64,000 bases of DNA, taken from the NCBI GenBank assembly GCA_965218585.1, contig CBDCLE010000026.1, forward strand, positions 64,001 to 128,000, read 5' to 3'. The position numbers and the translations under genes were made by a program. The notes under the pieces were generated by a model. The model searched no databases. It was not told where the DNA came from and saw nothing but the letters and a program-made list of their open reading frames with translations. Shown one piece after another: positions 31,550-42,528 of this stretch; within the stretch, counting starts at the first letter, position 1; each line of letters starts with the position of its first letter. This DNA comes from Terriglobia bacterium (GTDB taxonomy: Bacteria; Acidobacteriota; Terriglobia; 20CM-2-55-15).

Positions 31550-32094
31550 GTGCGCTTGTTCGTCGCAATGGATTTGACACAATCTGTCATCGAGTCCTTC
31601 GAGGAACTGCGACGACACTTGGAACTACTGGCGGGTAACGCACGATGGGTTCGCCCTGAATCGATGCATCTGACCTTGAAGTTTCTTGGCGACGTATCTA
31701 CAACACGGTTGGACAGCGTTAAAGAACGACTCGCCACGATTCAGCGGTCCGCTTTTAAAGTCACCGTTTCCGGTGTAGGCTTTTTTCCGATGCGGGCCCC
31801 CCGGGTTTTTTGGGTGGGTGCTCTGTCGGAGGATCTGGAACAACTGGCCCGAGACGTCGAAAAGCAGATGATCGAACTGGATTTTCCACGTGAACGTCGC
31901 AATTTACGCCTCACCTGACGTTGGCCCGTAGCAGACGGGACGGGCGAATGAATCGCAATATGGTTCGGGCAGCGGAAAAGTTTCGGAACCATGATTTTGG
32001 AATATTCACAGCAGATCGATTCCATTTGTACGAAAGCCAACTCAATCCGTCCGGAGCGATCTACAAGAAGCTCGACGATTACCCATTAGCATGA
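31550..32094 (+). CDS. thpR: RNA 2',3'-cyclic phosphodiesterase (frameshift near 31901)
   Basis: MRLFVA and HLTLKFLG; second 2H motif FTPHLTLAR plus LYESQL in the shifted frame; ends at ATGA overlap with gpsA. Confidence 0.85.
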
Positions 32095-33092
32095 GTGCCT
32101 CGATAGCAATTATCGGAGCCGGCGGATGGGGGACGGCCCTATCTGTGACGATGGCCCGGGTCCATGAAAGGGTCCGACTCTGGGTCTATGAACCGGACCT
32201 CGTGGAAACCATCGGGAGGGATCGAACCAATCCGATCTATCTGCCCGACATCCATATTCCGGCCCCAGTTCTGCCGAGCGCATCGATCGAGGAGGTTCTC
32301 GAAGACGCGGAAGTTGTCATCAGCGCTGTGCCATCCCACGTCTGCAGGAGCGTTTATGAACAGATGCTGCCCTACGCACAGCCGGAAATGCTTTTTGTAA
32401 CGGCGACCAAGGGTATAGAAAACGGTTCCTTGATGCGCATGTCGGAGGTCATCGAAAACGTAATCTGTAGTAAGTTTTCTCCAAAAGTCGCCGCCATCTC
32501 AGGTCCGACTTTCGCACTCGAAGTCGCACGCGGTGAACCGACCGCATTGGTCGTAGCGAGTCCCGACGAAGAAATGCGGCGGCACCTGCAACAGGAATTG
32601 TCGGCACCACATTTTCGGCTGTACACCAATCCGGACATCGTCGGCGTCGAGATCGGCGCTTCAGTCAAGAACATCATCGCAATCGCCGCAGGTGTCGTAT
32701 CCGGGCTAGAGCTGGGACACAATGCCACCGCAGCGCTGATCACACGGGGACTGGCCGAAATCGGTCGCCTGGCCGAAGCTTGTGGAGGAGACCCTTCGAC
32801 GCTGGCCGGGCTGGCTGGTCTGGGCGACCTGGTCCTGACTTGTACGGGCCACCTCAGTCGTAACCGCCAGGTCGGAGTGGCGCTTGGTGGGGGCCAGAAG
32901 CTCGACGAGATCGTTTCGAACATGCGAATGGTTGCCGAAGGCGTAAAGACGAGTGAATCAACGGTGGCTCTCGCCGACAAGCTTTCGGTCGAAATGCCTA
33001 TCGCCCAGCAGATTTATTCAGTCCTCCATGAAGACAAAGATCCTCAGGACGCCATCAACGAGCTGATGGTCCGGGAACTGAAAGAGGAATAG
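32091..33092 (+). CDS. gpsA: NAD(P)H-dependent glycerol-3-phosphate dehydrogenase
   Basis: GAGGWGTAL, TKGIE, SGPTFA, KNIIAIAAG, GLGDLVLTC..SRN motifs. Confidence 0.95.
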   Translation: MSASIAIIGAGGWGTALSVTMARVHERVRLWVYEPDLVETIGRDRTNPIYLPDIHIPAPVLPSASIEEVLEDAEVVISAVPSHVCRSVYEQMLPYAQPEMLFVTATKGIENGSLMRMSEVIENVICSKFSPKVAAISGPTFALEVARGEPTALVVASPDEEMRRHLQQELSAPHFRLYTNPDIVGVEIGASVKNIIAIAAGVVSGLELGHNATAALITRGLAEIGRLAEACGGDPSTLAGLAGLGDLVLTCTGHLSRNRQVGVALGGGQKLDEIVSNMRMVAEGVKTSESTVALADKLSVEMPIAQQIYSVLHEDKDPQDAINELMVRELKEE

Positions 33093-33093
33093 G

Positions 33094-34053
33094 ATGGAAT
33101 TCATTACCCTCTTTGGAACACCAAAGCCCAAGGACCCGAGCGTCGCCAGAAAGTTTCAGAACGCCGTCTCGCGAACGAAGGAAGAATTCACCCAGCGCCT
33201 CCAGGAAGTGGTCGAAGGGAAAAAGGAAATCGATGCCGAATTGCTGGAGGATCTTGAGGCGATCATGATCGGGGCAGACATCGGCATCGGAACAACAACT
33301 GAAATTCTCAATTCCATCCGGAACCAGGTATCCAGGGAAACGCTTAAAGATCCCTTCGACCTCAGAAACGCTTTGAAGACCGAGATTCGAAAGACGCTCG
33401 AAGTAGAAACGACAGAAGATGTTGAGGTAGCTGAGGGCAACCCATTCGTTATCCTCGTCGTCGGAGTGAACGGAGTGGGTAAGACGACAACCATCGCGAA
33501 ACTGGCGCAACGCTTCGTTGCCGACGGCAAGAAGGTCATGCTCTGTGCAGCGGATACCTTCCGAGCCGCGGCCATAGAGCAACTCGAGGTATGGGCTAAA
33601 CGCGTTGGCGTTCCAATCGTAAAACAGAAACCGGGAGCGGACCCCTCTGCCGTATTATTCGACACGCTCCGATCAGCGAAAGCGCACAAGATCGACTACG
33701 TGATCGTCGACACCGCCGGACGTCTCCACACCAAACACAATCTGATGGCGGAACTGGAAAAAATGACACGCATCGCAGCCCGTGAAGTTCGGGATGCTCC
33801 CCACGAGATCTTGTTGGTCCTGGACGCAACAACCGGCCAGAATGGCCTGATTCAGGCTCGCGAGTTTACGAAGACAGCACACTTGACGGGTCTGGTTCTG
33901 TCAAAGCTGGACGGCACAGCCAAGGGTGGTGTCGTCACCTCTATCGTTAAGGAACTGCAGATCCCGATTCGATTCGTGGGCACAGGTGAGAAGATCGACG
34001 ACCTGGTTGAATTTTCTGCCGACGATTTCGTCGACTCACTATTCGCCGCCTGA
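33094..34053 (+). CDS. ftsY: Signal recognition particle receptor FtsY
   Basis: [43 protein letters not shown] motifs. Confidence 0.96.
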   Translation: MEFITLFGTPKPKDPSVARKFQNAVSRTKEEFTQRLQEVVEGKKEIDAELLEDLEAIMIGADIGIGTTTEILNSIRNQVSRETLKDPFDLRNALKTEIRKTLEVETTEDVEVAEGNPFVILVVGVNGVGKTTTIAKLAQRFVADGKKVMLCAADTFRAAAIEQLEVWAKRVGVPIVKQKPGADPSAVLFDTLRSAKAHKIDYVIVDTAGRLHTKHNLMAELEKMTRIAAREVRDAPHEILLVLDATTGQNGLIQAREFTKTAHLTGLVLSKLDGTAKGGVVTSIVKELQIPIRFVGTGEKIDDLVEFSADDFVDSLFAA

Positions 34054-34102
34054 AGGAGTTGGGCTCCTGACCTATGATCTCGATCTCCGAAAATCGTTTT
34101 TT

Positions 34103-34188
34103 AACGCAGAGACGCAGAGACGCAGAGGCAAGAATAGGTAATAAATTATCTATGCCTTCTGCGACCTCCGCGCCTCTGCGCCTCTGCG
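34103..34188. repeat. (CGCAGAG)n...(CTCTGCG)n intergenic palindrome
   Basis: AACGCAGAGACGCAGAGACGCAGAGG ... CTCCGCGCCTCTGCGCCTCTGCG; related arms at 46026, 61542 and 62991. Confidence 0.8.
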
Positions 34189-34189
34189 C

Positions 34190-35257
34190 TTGATGACTTT
34201 AAAAGACGAAAACTACATGCGGCGGGCTTTGGAGTTGGCCGAGCGCGGCCGGGGGCTCACCAGCCCTGGAGCTCTAGTCGGCGCCGTCGTTGTAAACGAC
34301 GAGGAGATCGTCGGCGAGGCCTTCTATACATGGGATGGGATCGACCATGCTGAAATTCAAGCAATGGCGTCGGCCGGTGCACGGGCCCGCGGCGCCACCC
34401 TGTACGTCAGTCTCGAACCTTGCTCACACAAGGGAAAGACACCCCCATGTGCTGGAGCCGTTGTAAATGCGGGAATTTCCCGTGTCGTCGTCGCGATGAA
34501 GGACCCTGATCCAAAAGTTAACGGGAGCGGACTGGAGATCCTCGATCAGGCAGGTATCGAAGTCGAGTGTGGCCTGTTCGAATCCAAGGCTCGTGCAATC
34601 AACGAAGCATTTATCCACTCCACTCAAAGCGACCGTCCATTCGGAATCCTCAAGGTCGCGATGTCGCTCGACGGAAAGATTGCGACTGCGAGCGGCGAAT
34701 CTCAATGGATCACTTCTGAAGAATCCCGGCAGCAGGTCCAGAATATACGCCATTCAGCTGACGCGCTGCTGACCGGGAGTGGAACCGTACTCGCGGACGA
34801 TCCCCTCTTGACCGACCGTAGCGGGAAGGAAAGGCGCCGTCCTCTCCTGCGCGCTGTCATTGATCGGCGCAGGCGGATCGGCGCGCACCTCAGAATCTTT
34901 TCCTCTCCCGGAGTCCTGGTGTACACACAAATACCGCACCTGGAGCTATCGGCCTCCCACGAAGTAGTCGCCGGAACGACAGATCTCGTCGAAGTAGCGC
35001 GGGATCTGGCACGGCGTGATGTTCAGACTCTGATGCTGGAATGCGGCCCCGATCTTGCATTCGATGCGCTCAGACGGGGCATCATTGATAAAATAGTTGT
35101 TTTCGTTGCTCCCCGGATTCTGGGTGGGAGGGAGATACCTGCTTTTGGATCCGATGGTGTCGGTGCCCTGTCCGAAGCCGTTGACGTTCAAAACTGGACG
35201 GTCGAAGACGTGGGGCCGGACTTGATGATTACAGGTTATGTTCACAGGAATCATTGA
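34190..35257 (+). CDS. ribD: Bifunctional riboflavin deaminase/reductase
   Basis: HAE, LEPCSH..TPPC, SLDGKIA, WITS, DDPLLT motifs. Confidence 0.93.
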   Translation: MMTLKDENYMRRALELAERGRGLTSPGALVGAVVVNDEEIVGEAFYTWDGIDHAEIQAMASAGARARGATLYVSLEPCSHKGKTPPCAGAVVNAGISRVVVAMKDPDPKVNGSGLEILDQAGIEVECGLFESKARAINEAFIHSTQSDRPFGILKVAMSLDGKIATASGESQWITSEESRQQVQNIRHSADALLTGSGTVLADDPLLTDRSGKERRRPLLRAVIDRRRRIGAHLRIFSSPGVLVYTQIPHLELSASHEVVAGTTDLVEVARDLARRDVQTLMLECGPDLAFDALRRGIIDKIVVFVAPRILGGREIPAFGSDGVGALSEAVDVQNWTVEDVGPDLMITGYVHRNH

Positions 35258-35852
35258 AGAAGTTGGTGAGATTGTCCGAGTGGAGGACACAGACGACTTT
35301 CGGCGTGTCGCAATCCGGGCGCCGGGCCTGATCTCAGATATAGAGGCGGGGTCAAGCGTTGCTACAGATGGAGTCTGCATCACGGCCGTTGGGGTCGATG
35401 GAGACACGTTCACGGCTGACTTGTCGAGCGAGACTCTCGACCGGACGACCCTAAGACACGCGAGCCCGGGCACGCACGTGAACCTCGAGCGATCCATGCG
35501 AGCGGATGGACGTTTCGGAGGTCATATCGTTCAGGGTCATGTCGACGGTGTGGGCAAGATCCGCCGTTTTGACCGGGCGGGTGACGATTGGATACTTGAG
35601 ATCGAATATGGCGCGAAGGATTCGTCGCGTCTGGTCTGGAAAGGATCGGTAGCGGTGGACGGAATCAGCCTGACAGTGGCCGGGCTAGAAGCAAACACGT
35701 TCTCGATCGCCATCATTCCGTTCACACTGGAAAATACGAACCTACAGAATCGAAAACCTGGAGATGAAGTCAACGTCGAGTTCGATGTCCTGGCAAAATA
35801 CGTCGAAAAGCTTGTCGGTAACTATCTGGAACAGATTGATGGAACTCAATGA
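35238..35852 (+). CDS. ribE: Riboflavin synthase (alpha chain)
   Basis: [37 protein letters not shown] motifs. Confidence 0.95.
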   Translation: MFTGIIEEVGEIVRVEDTDDFRRVAIRAPGLISDIEAGSSVATDGVCITAVGVDGDTFTADLSSETLDRTTLRHASPGTHVNLERSMRADGRFGGHIVQGHVDGVGKIRRFDRAGDDWILEIEYGAKDSSRLVWKGSVAVDGISLTVAGLEANTFSIAIIPFTLENTNLQNRKPGDEVNVEFDVLAKYVEKLVGNYLEQIDGTQ

Positions 35853-37002
35853 GTCGATGACACTTGCAACAGTAGACGAGGCGATCGAGGAACTCCGCCA
35901 GGGTCGGATGATCATCATCGTCGATGACGAAGATCGGGAAAACGAAGGCGACCTCATGGTCGCTGCCGAAAAAGTGACTCCCGAAGTGATCAACTTCATG
36001 GCGACACACGGACGGGGGTTGATCTGTTTGCCGATGACGGGCAACCGCCTCGACAACCTCCATATCCCGTTAATGGTTTCCGATGCCACCAACACCTCCA
36101 CCTACGGAACGGCGTTTTGCGTTTCAGTTGAAGCCAAACGGAATGTGTCAACGGGAATTTCGGCGCCCGACAGGGCTCAGACAATCCTGACGGCAATCGA
36201 CCCCTCGACAGACCCGGGAGATCTGGCGCGTCCCGGCCACATATTCCCTTTGCGAGCCCGGGAAGGGGGCGTTTTGGTCCGGGCCGGCCAAACCGAAGCT
36301 TCCGTGGATCTGGCCCGAATCGCAGGGCTCGATCCGAGCGCGGTTATCTGCGAGATCATGCGCGAGGACGGGACGATGGCCCGGACACCCGATCTCGTGG
36401 AATTTGCCGAGCGGCACGGACTCAGGATCGTTACAGTGGCTGACGTCATCAGGCACCGGCTGCGAACCGAGCGATTCGTCCAGAAGGTGTCCGAAACGGT
36501 CCTGCCCACCGAGCACGGCGACTTTAAGATGATCGCCTTCGAGAGCACGATTGACGGCGAAACCCATGTCGCACTGGTCCGGGGTGACATCGAAAACGGA
36601 GAGGACGTTCTCGTCCGAGTGCACTCTCATTGCCTTACCGGCGATGTTTTGGGATCCACCCAATGCCACTGCCGTAGCCAGATCGAGCGGGCGCTGGGAA
36701 TGATCGCTGCCGAAGGTCGAGGCGTCCTGCTCTACCTTCACCAGACCGGCCGTGGCTTTAACATCGTCGATTCGATCGACGGCAGACAACTCGAATATCA
36801 CGGCAAGCACGACGTCGACGTGAACGAAACGATAGGACTCAGGGGTGAGCAGAGAGAATATGGGATCGGAATTCAGATTCTGGCTGCCCTGAACATTCAT
36901 TCGTTGCGCATTCTGACGAACCACCCGAGGAAGCTTGTGGCCCTGAAAGGCTATGGCCTAAAAGTAGTGGATCAAGTCCCTCTGGGAGATCCAAGTAGTT
37001 GA
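35839..37002 (+). CDS. ribBA: DHBP synthase fused to a GTP cyclohydrolase II-like domain (partly degenerate)
   Basis: [24 protein letters not shown]; C-domain has RVHS.CLTGD..C.C and LTNHP.K but lacks GIGL.NK..AY. Confidence 0.88.
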   Translation: MELNESMTLATVDEAIEELRQGRMIIIVDDEDRENEGDLMVAAEKVTPEVINFMATHGRGLICLPMTGNRLDNLHIPLMVSDATNTSTYGTAFCVSVEAKRNVSTGISAPDRAQTILTAIDPSTDPGDLARPGHIFPLRAREGGVLVRAGQTEASVDLARIAGLDPSAVICEIMREDGTMARTPDLVEFAERHGLRIVTVADVIRHRLRTERFVQKVSETVLPTEHGDFKMIAFESTIDGETHVALVRGDIENGEDVLVRVHSHCLTGDVLGSTQCHCRSQIERALGMIAAEGRGVLLYLHQTGRGFNIVDSIDGRQLEYHGKHDVDVNETIGLRGEQREYGIGIQILAALNIHSLRILTNHPRKLVALKGYGLKVVDQVPLGDPSS

Positions 37003-37152
37003 AAATATAGGCGGATCGACCCTTCCATCGAACGTCCGCATGAGGTATGGTAGGGATTACGCGACCCCACTGATTCCACGGATTAGACAGGAATGACGTT
37101 CATCGCGTGGATTCGACCCTTATTACGCGATAGGAAGGCATATTAGTCCTCG

Positions 37153-38823
37153 ATGTCGGACCGTGAAATCATAATTGCGAACCTTAGCGAGGCCGAATCC
37201 CGCATTCGCACGAACCGCCTGATCGGGCGGGTCGCCTCTGCTCTCGCTGCTCTCGTCGGCGTTGCCATATTCGTAACAGTCCTCAGTTTCTTCGTGCCTC
37301 TAGGCCGAACGGTCGTGGGATCGTTCTGGATCGTGTGGGTCATCGCACTGGTTGCTTACATTTTCAAGAGTCTGGACAGACGGACGACGCTTTCGGAGAC
37401 GGCCGCCGATGTTGACCGGCAGGCAAGCCTGAAGGATGAAGTCGTCAGCGCTTACTGGTTCCTGAGCCAGAACGTCAGCAACCCATGGGTGGACCTTCAG
37501 GTCCGCCGTGCAGCAACCACCGCACGAAAGCTAGACGTTCGAACCCTCTACCCAAGAATATTTCCGCCGGCATCTTATGTTGCGGCGGTGGGTGTCGTTC
37601 TCCTGGTCGCCCTCAATCTGGCGCCGATCGAACCCGGGGGGAGCGATCTGTTTTCGAGTCCACCCCCGGACGTCACTGATCCGGCCGAAGCCGAAGAACT
37701 CTTCAACCAGATAGAGGAACTGCTCGAACAAGCCCAGGCGCTCAATCCTTCCGAAACGATCGAGGAGTTTCAGGATCTGCTCGAGTCGATCGAGGGCTCT
37801 GACATCCAGCTCGAAGAAGCCGAACAAGAGATGGAGAACATTCAGGGACTTATCGACGAGGGAAACCTGACAGTAGCAAGCATTCTGGAAGGACTGGAGG
37901 AAGTCGGAGAGGATCTGGAGCAATCAGGAGATACTGAGGCGGCGGGTGAAAACCTCATCGAAAGTGACCTCGATGCAGCGGCTTCCGAGCTGGAAGAGCT
38001 CGCCGGAGAACTCGGTACAGGCCGTGAACCTCAATCGGACCTCGCTGATGTCCTTGAGGAAGCAGCGTCTAACAGGAGACCGGGCCTGGAAGAGCTTTCA
38101 AACCAGCTGGAGGCTGCAGCCGAAGGACTGGAGAACCAGGATACGGACGCGGTCGAAGAGGCTTTGATGGGATCTGCCGAATCGCTTGACCGGCTGGCAG
38201 ACATCATTGCAAGCCAGCAATTGCAAAACGAAGCAGCCGCAAGGATGGACGCGCTTCAGGACGCTTTGAGACAAGAACAGGCCGAGGCGACACCTTCCGA
38301 TCTGGGAGACGATTTCACTACACCCGGGGAAGAGGAGACCGAGATGCCCCTTTCAACCGGACAGGGCACACCTCAGCCAGCACAGGGAGACAGCGCCGGC
38401 GGCGAACCGAGTAGTCAGGATCTTTCGGGGGCAGAGTCGGAAGCTGGAGCAGGTGCCCAGGGAGGGGAACAATCCGGCGAGGCACCGCAAGGAAACCCTG
38501 CAAACATCAACGCCGACGCCAGCGGACTGATCCCGATGGGATTCGGCTATTCGCCGGCGATCAAAGAAGGCGCCCCGACAAGCCTGGAAGTTCAACTCCA
38601 GGAAGAAATAGTCGAAGCACAGATGGACGAGATTACCCGCAATGACGCGGAAGAAGACACACAGGAATTAGCGACACGACAGGAGGAATCGACACTCGAC
38701 TACAGGGACGTAGCGTCCGATTTAACCCCCGCACAGCAGGAACTCTTGAACCAGGACCGGATTCCCAGAGAGTACCAGAACCTTATCAAGGAATATTTCG
38801 AGGCCATACGTATCCAGCCATGA
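37153..38823 (+). CDS. Membrane-anchored, highly acidic coiled-coil protein leading MoxR cluster 2
   Basis: Three TM segments, long E/D/Q-rich helical region, low-complexity linker, C-terminal IPREYQNLIKEYF. Confidence 0.75.
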   Translation: MSDREIIIANLSEAESRIRTNRLIGRVASALAALVGVAIFVTVLSFFVPLGRTVVGSFWIVWVIALVAYIFKSLDRRTTLSETAADVDRQASLKDEVVSAYWFLSQNVSNPWVDLQVRRAATTARKLDVRTLYPRIFPPASYVAAVGVVLLVALNLAPIEPGGSDLFSSPPPDVTDPAEAEELFNQIEELLEQAQALNPSETIEEFQDLLESIEGSDIQLEEAEQEMENIQGLIDEGNLTVASILEGLEEVGEDLEQSGDTEAAGENLIESDLDAAASELEELAGELGTGREPQSDLADVLEEAASNRRPGLEELSNQLEAAAEGLENQDTDAVEEALMGSAESLDRLADIIASQQLQNEAAARMDALQDALRQEQAEATPSDLGDDFTTPGEEETEMPLSTGQGTPQPAQGDSAGGEPSSQDLSGAESEAGAGAQGGEQSGEAPQGNPANINADASGLIPMGFGYSPAIKEGAPTSLEVQLQEEIVEAQMDEITRNDAEEDTQELATRQEESTLDYRDVASDLTPAQQELLNQDRIPREYQNLIKEYFEAIRIQP

Positions 38824-39809
38824 TTGCAGAACTTGATCAACAGATCGAACTCTTCCAGAAACAATTCAATGCAGTCAAGACAGAGGTCTCGAAGGTCATC
38901 GTCGGCTACGACGAGATCATCGACGGCATCTTGATGGGACTGCTCGCCAAAGGCCACGTCCTCCTGGAAGGCGTCCCCGGGTTGGGAAAAACCAAGCTCG
39001 TACAAACTCTCAGCGGTGCCCTTCAACTTCGTTTCTCCCGGATACAGTTCACACCCGACCTCATGCCGGCCGACATCACCGGCACCAACGTTGTTCAGGA
39101 AGACGACTCGGGCGAAAAGCTCCTTCGATTTCAGCCAGGACCGCTGTTTGGCAACATCATCCTCGCTGATGAAATCAACAGGGCTACGCCGAAGACCCAG
39201 TCAGCTCTGCTGGAAGCGATGCAGGAAAAGACAGTTACGGTAGGCAAGGAAAGCTACCAACTGGAGTTGCCTTTCTTCGTCCTGGCGACCCAGAACCCCC
39301 TCGAAATGGAAGGGACGTACCCTCTTCCGGAAGCTCAATTGGATCGCTTCTTCATGAAATTGAAAGTCGACTATCCAAGCGTTCAGAGCATGCATACGAT
39401 CCTGAACCGGACAACCAAAGTCGAAGAACCGGTACCGGACCAAGTTCTGACGGGTCCGGAAATACTCGAGATGAGCGAAACGGTCCTTGCCATTCCGATT
39501 GCACGTCCGGTACAGGAATACGCTGTTCGACTGGTTCTCTCCACACACCCTGACACGCCCGACGCACACAAGATAACCAACCAGTATGTCCGTTATGGGG
39601 CGAGCCCACGTGGAGCTCAGGCGATGGTATTGGGAGGCAAGATTCGTGCCCTTCTGAATAATCGAGTTCACGTTTCGGCAGAAGACATCCGTGCAATTGC
39701 ACCCTCCATACTCCGGCATCGTGTACTCCTGAACTTCGAGGGCGAAGCCGAACAGGTGGATACGGATTCAATCCTTGAAGCCATTCTGAACGACACACCC
39801 GAACCCTAG
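38820..39809 (+). CDS. moxR: MoxR-family AAA+ ATPase (cluster 2)
   Basis: EGVPGLGKT, QFTPDLMPAD, DEINRATPKTQSALLEAM, LPEAQLDRF, GASPR motifs. Confidence 0.93.
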   Translation: MIAELDQQIELFQKQFNAVKTEVSKVIVGYDEIIDGILMGLLAKGHVLLEGVPGLGKTKLVQTLSGALQLRFSRIQFTPDLMPADITGTNVVQEDDSGEKLLRFQPGPLFGNIILADEINRATPKTQSALLEAMQEKTVTVGKESYQLELPFFVLATQNPLEMEGTYPLPEAQLDRFFMKLKVDYPSVQSMHTILNRTTKVEEPVPDQVLTGPEILEMSETVLAIPIARPVQEYAVRLVLSTHPDTPDAHKITNQYVRYGASPRGAQAMVLGGKIRALLNNRVHVSAEDIRAIAPSILRHRVLLNFEGEAEQVDTDSILEAILNDTPEP

Positions 39810-39826
39810 AAAAGGCACCGCCGCAA

Positions 39827-40711
39827 ATGCCAACAGCCATCGCTGGATTTGACGAACACTTCATGCGAAAGCTGGAGTACCTGGCGTTGGTCTCGAAACG
39901 CTTCTCGGGCCACTACAAGGCGCAAAGGCGCAGCAAGAAACTCGGTTCTGGACTCGAGTTCGCAGATTATCGCGGCTACGTAGCCGGGGATGACTTCCGG
40001 TATCTGGACTGGAAGACCTATTTGCGACTGGGCAAGCTCCTGCTGCGACTCTACGAAGAGGAGGAGGACCTCCCGGTATATTTGTTCGTCGACTGCAGCC
40101 AGTCGATGAACTATGGGTCCCCTTCGAAGCTGGACTACGCTCGTCACATCGCAGCGGCTCTCTGCTATATCGGCCTGGCAAATCTCGACCGTGTTACCGT
40201 CATCGCATACGCAGACGGTATCCGGGGCGAGTTGCCTCCCCAAAGGGGTAAGGGTCGGATATTCCGGGTCTTCCAGTTTCTGTCCGAAATCGAGCCTGGC
40301 GGCGAAACCAACGCAAAGGAAGCTTTCAAAGTCTTCTGCACGGGAAACCGGCGGCGTGGCCTGGCCGTAGTAATCTCTGATTTCTTCGATCCTAACGGGT
40401 TCGATCGCGGGTTGAATATGCTCCGCTACTACAGGCACGATGCGTTCGTTGTCCAGGTGGCCGCTCACGAGGACGTGGATCCTGCTATCAGTGGCCAACT
40501 GCAGCTGGTCGACTCGGAAAGCCGGGCCAGCAGGGACGTTACCGTGACGCGAGAGCTATTGGACGCATACAAAAGAGAGATGGCCCATTACTCTGATGAA
40601 CTCCAGCATCATTGCATCAAGTACCAGCTGGGTTACGTGCGGACGGTCACCGATTTCCCGTTTGAGGACCTGATACTCCAGGTGTTCCGTCAGGGTAGGT
40701 TCCTGAAATGA
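39827..40711 (+). CDS. DUF58 domain protein with VWA-like part
   Basis: GSGLEFADYRGY..GDDFRYLDW, VDCSQSM, VISDF motifs. Confidence 0.9.
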   Translation: MPTAIAGFDEHFMRKLEYLALVSKRFSGHYKAQRRSKKLGSGLEFADYRGYVAGDDFRYLDWKTYLRLGKLLLRLYEEEEDLPVYLFVDCSQSMNYGSPSKLDYARHIAAALCYIGLANLDRVTVIAYADGIRGELPPQRGKGRIFRVFQFLSEIEPGGETNAKEAFKVFCTGNRRRGLAVVISDFFDPNGFDRGLNMLRYYRHDAFVVQVAAHEDVDPAISGQLQLVDSESRASRDVTVTRELLDAYKREMAHYSDELQHHCIKYQLGYVRTVTDFPFEDLILQVFRQGRFLK

Positions 40712-42489
40712 GTTTTCTCGCCTTGTCTACAGCCCAGGCCCTGCTCCTTGCGGCGTTGACCTCAGGGGTTGTTCTGGTGCTGTTTTTCCTGAAGCTCCGT
40801 CATCGCAGAGTCGTCGTTGGATCGTCGCTGCTCTGGCAGCGAATCCTCGACCACCGGGATTCCGTGTCGATTTGGGAGAAATTGCGGCGTTGGATTTCCC
40901 TGGCCATTACGTTGACGATCGCGCTGCTGATCGCACTCGCTCTCGCACGGCCTTATTTAGTCGGCGCGCTTGAAGGACCGATTGGGCCGGTGATTATTGT
41001 GCTGGACACCTCACCTTCGATGGAAACCCGGACGGCGTCAGGTCAGACCCGTTGGGAATCTGCCCTCGATGAGGCCGAAAGGATTCTCAATCGCAGCAAC
41101 ACCGCGGAAGGCTTCATGGTCGCCGATACGGCCGGCCGGGTCCTGACGCCGTTAACCGAAGACCGTGTGCAGATATCGCGCGCTATCGAACGTATGCGGC
41201 CCTTCGGAGGAGTCGGAACGTTTCCTGCCGTTCCCAATGGAGGAGCCGGAGCCTACTTCATAACGGACGGTGTCGATCCGATCGAGGTCCCGGAGTCAGT
41301 CACTACGGTCTCAGTGTTTGAGACCGCAGACAACGTGGGAATTACCGCGTTTGACCTCCGGGTGGATCCGACGAGCCGGTCCGGCTATACCGCGTATCTG
41401 GAGGTCGTGAACTACTCGGAGGAAACCAAGGACGCTCGGATACAACTGAGCGGCGTGGGAAGCCAGCGGCTTACGCAGGATCTGACCCTGACCCCCCGAG
41501 AGCCTTGGAGCATTTCGTTGGATCTGGCCGACTTCCAGGGGGGAGGTATACGCGTCAGCGTCCAAGCGCCTGGCGATGCACTCGCACTGGACGATGTCGC
41601 GTTCAGTTATCTGCCTACGGCTACCAATAATCAGGTAACGCTGGTGACCGACACCATCGACGGATACCTGGAAACACTGCTGGAGCTATCTCCACGGGTG
41701 GAGTTGAGTGTTGTTCGCCCCACAGATTTCGAAAACGATCCGAGCGCCGACGCATACGTGTTCGAAGGTTTTGTACCTGACAACGCGCCAACCCGGCCAA
41801 GTCTGGTGTTCGGCATGGAAGAGGTTGATTGGCTTCCGAAATCGGTTGGAACTGAAGAAGAACCAACCATAACCTCGTGGATTGAAGACCACCCGGTCAT
41901 GCAGTCGGTCCCGGTTTACGATCTGAAGATCGATCAGGTTCCCGTGCTGGATTTGGAGACGGACTCCTCGGACAGAACCGTCGTGGCGGCGTCTGGAGAG
42001 ACCCCGCTGATTCTTGCCCGGGCCGGACCGGCCCGGTCCCGAAACGTGCTCGTAGCGTTTGATCTTGACGAGTCCGATTTTGCGTTTCACCTCGGTTTTC
42101 CTATCTTCGTTGAAAACGTTATGGCCTGGTTTTCAGGAGAGGGGCCGGCAGAAAGACACAGTCTCGGCGAAATCGAGCTGCCACCTGAAACGATAGTCGT
42201 TACACGTTTAGATGGAACAGAGGCGCCCACCGAGAATCGCTTTGGACGACAGGTCATCGAGGTCACGGAACCCGATCTCTATACCGCGGTTGCTGACGGC
42301 CGCCGTATTCGCGTGGCTGCCAACCTTGCAGATCCAAGATTCTCGAATGTCAATCAGACGTCAACAACCTCAGATTCAGGACTGGTGGCAGCGTTCGCAG
42401 GTAATGAACTCTGGTCTTTCATGCTGTTCATCGCCCTGCTGCTTGTCGGTCTCGAGTGGTGGACATATAACCGAAGAATCACTCTATGA
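40708..42489 (+). CDS. BatA N-terminal plus VWA domain protein
   Basis: LFFLKLR..V.SSLLW, LALARP, MIDAS LDTSPSM, ITDG, C-terminal LEWW. Confidence 0.85.
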   Translation: MSFLALSTAQALLLAALTSGVVLVLFFLKLRHRRVVVGSSLLWQRILDHRDSVSIWEKLRRWISLAITLTIALLIALALARPYLVGALEGPIGPVIIVLDTSPSMETRTASGQTRWESALDEAERILNRSNTAEGFMVADTAGRVLTPLTEDRVQISRAIERMRPFGGVGTFPAVPNGGAGAYFITDGVDPIEVPESVTTVSVFETADNVGITAFDLRVDPTSRSGYTAYLEVVNYSEETKDARIQLSGVGSQRLTQDLTLTPREPWSISLDLADFQGGGIRVSVQAPGDALALDDVAFSYLPTATNNQVTLVTDTIDGYLETLLELSPRVELSVVRPTDFENDPSADAYVFEGFVPDNAPTRPSLVFGMEEVDWLPKSVGTEEEPTITSWIEDHPVMQSVPVYDLKIDQVPVLDLETDSSDRTVVAASGETPLILARAGPARSRNVLVAFDLDESDFAFHLGFPIFVENVMAWFSGEGPAERHSLGEIELPPETIVVTRLDGTEAPTENRFGRQVIEVTEPDLYTAVADGRRIRVAANLADPRFSNVNQTSTTSDSGLVAAFAGNELWSFMLFIALLLVGLEWWTYNRRITL

Positions 42490-42528
42490 CGCATTTCGAG
42501 AGCAATCTGAGAAGATAAGAGAACTTTA

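Noticed and set aside
34054-34190. Possible FMN riboswitch before ribD
   Set aside because: No RFN consensus; the structure is explained by the CGCAGAG palindrome.
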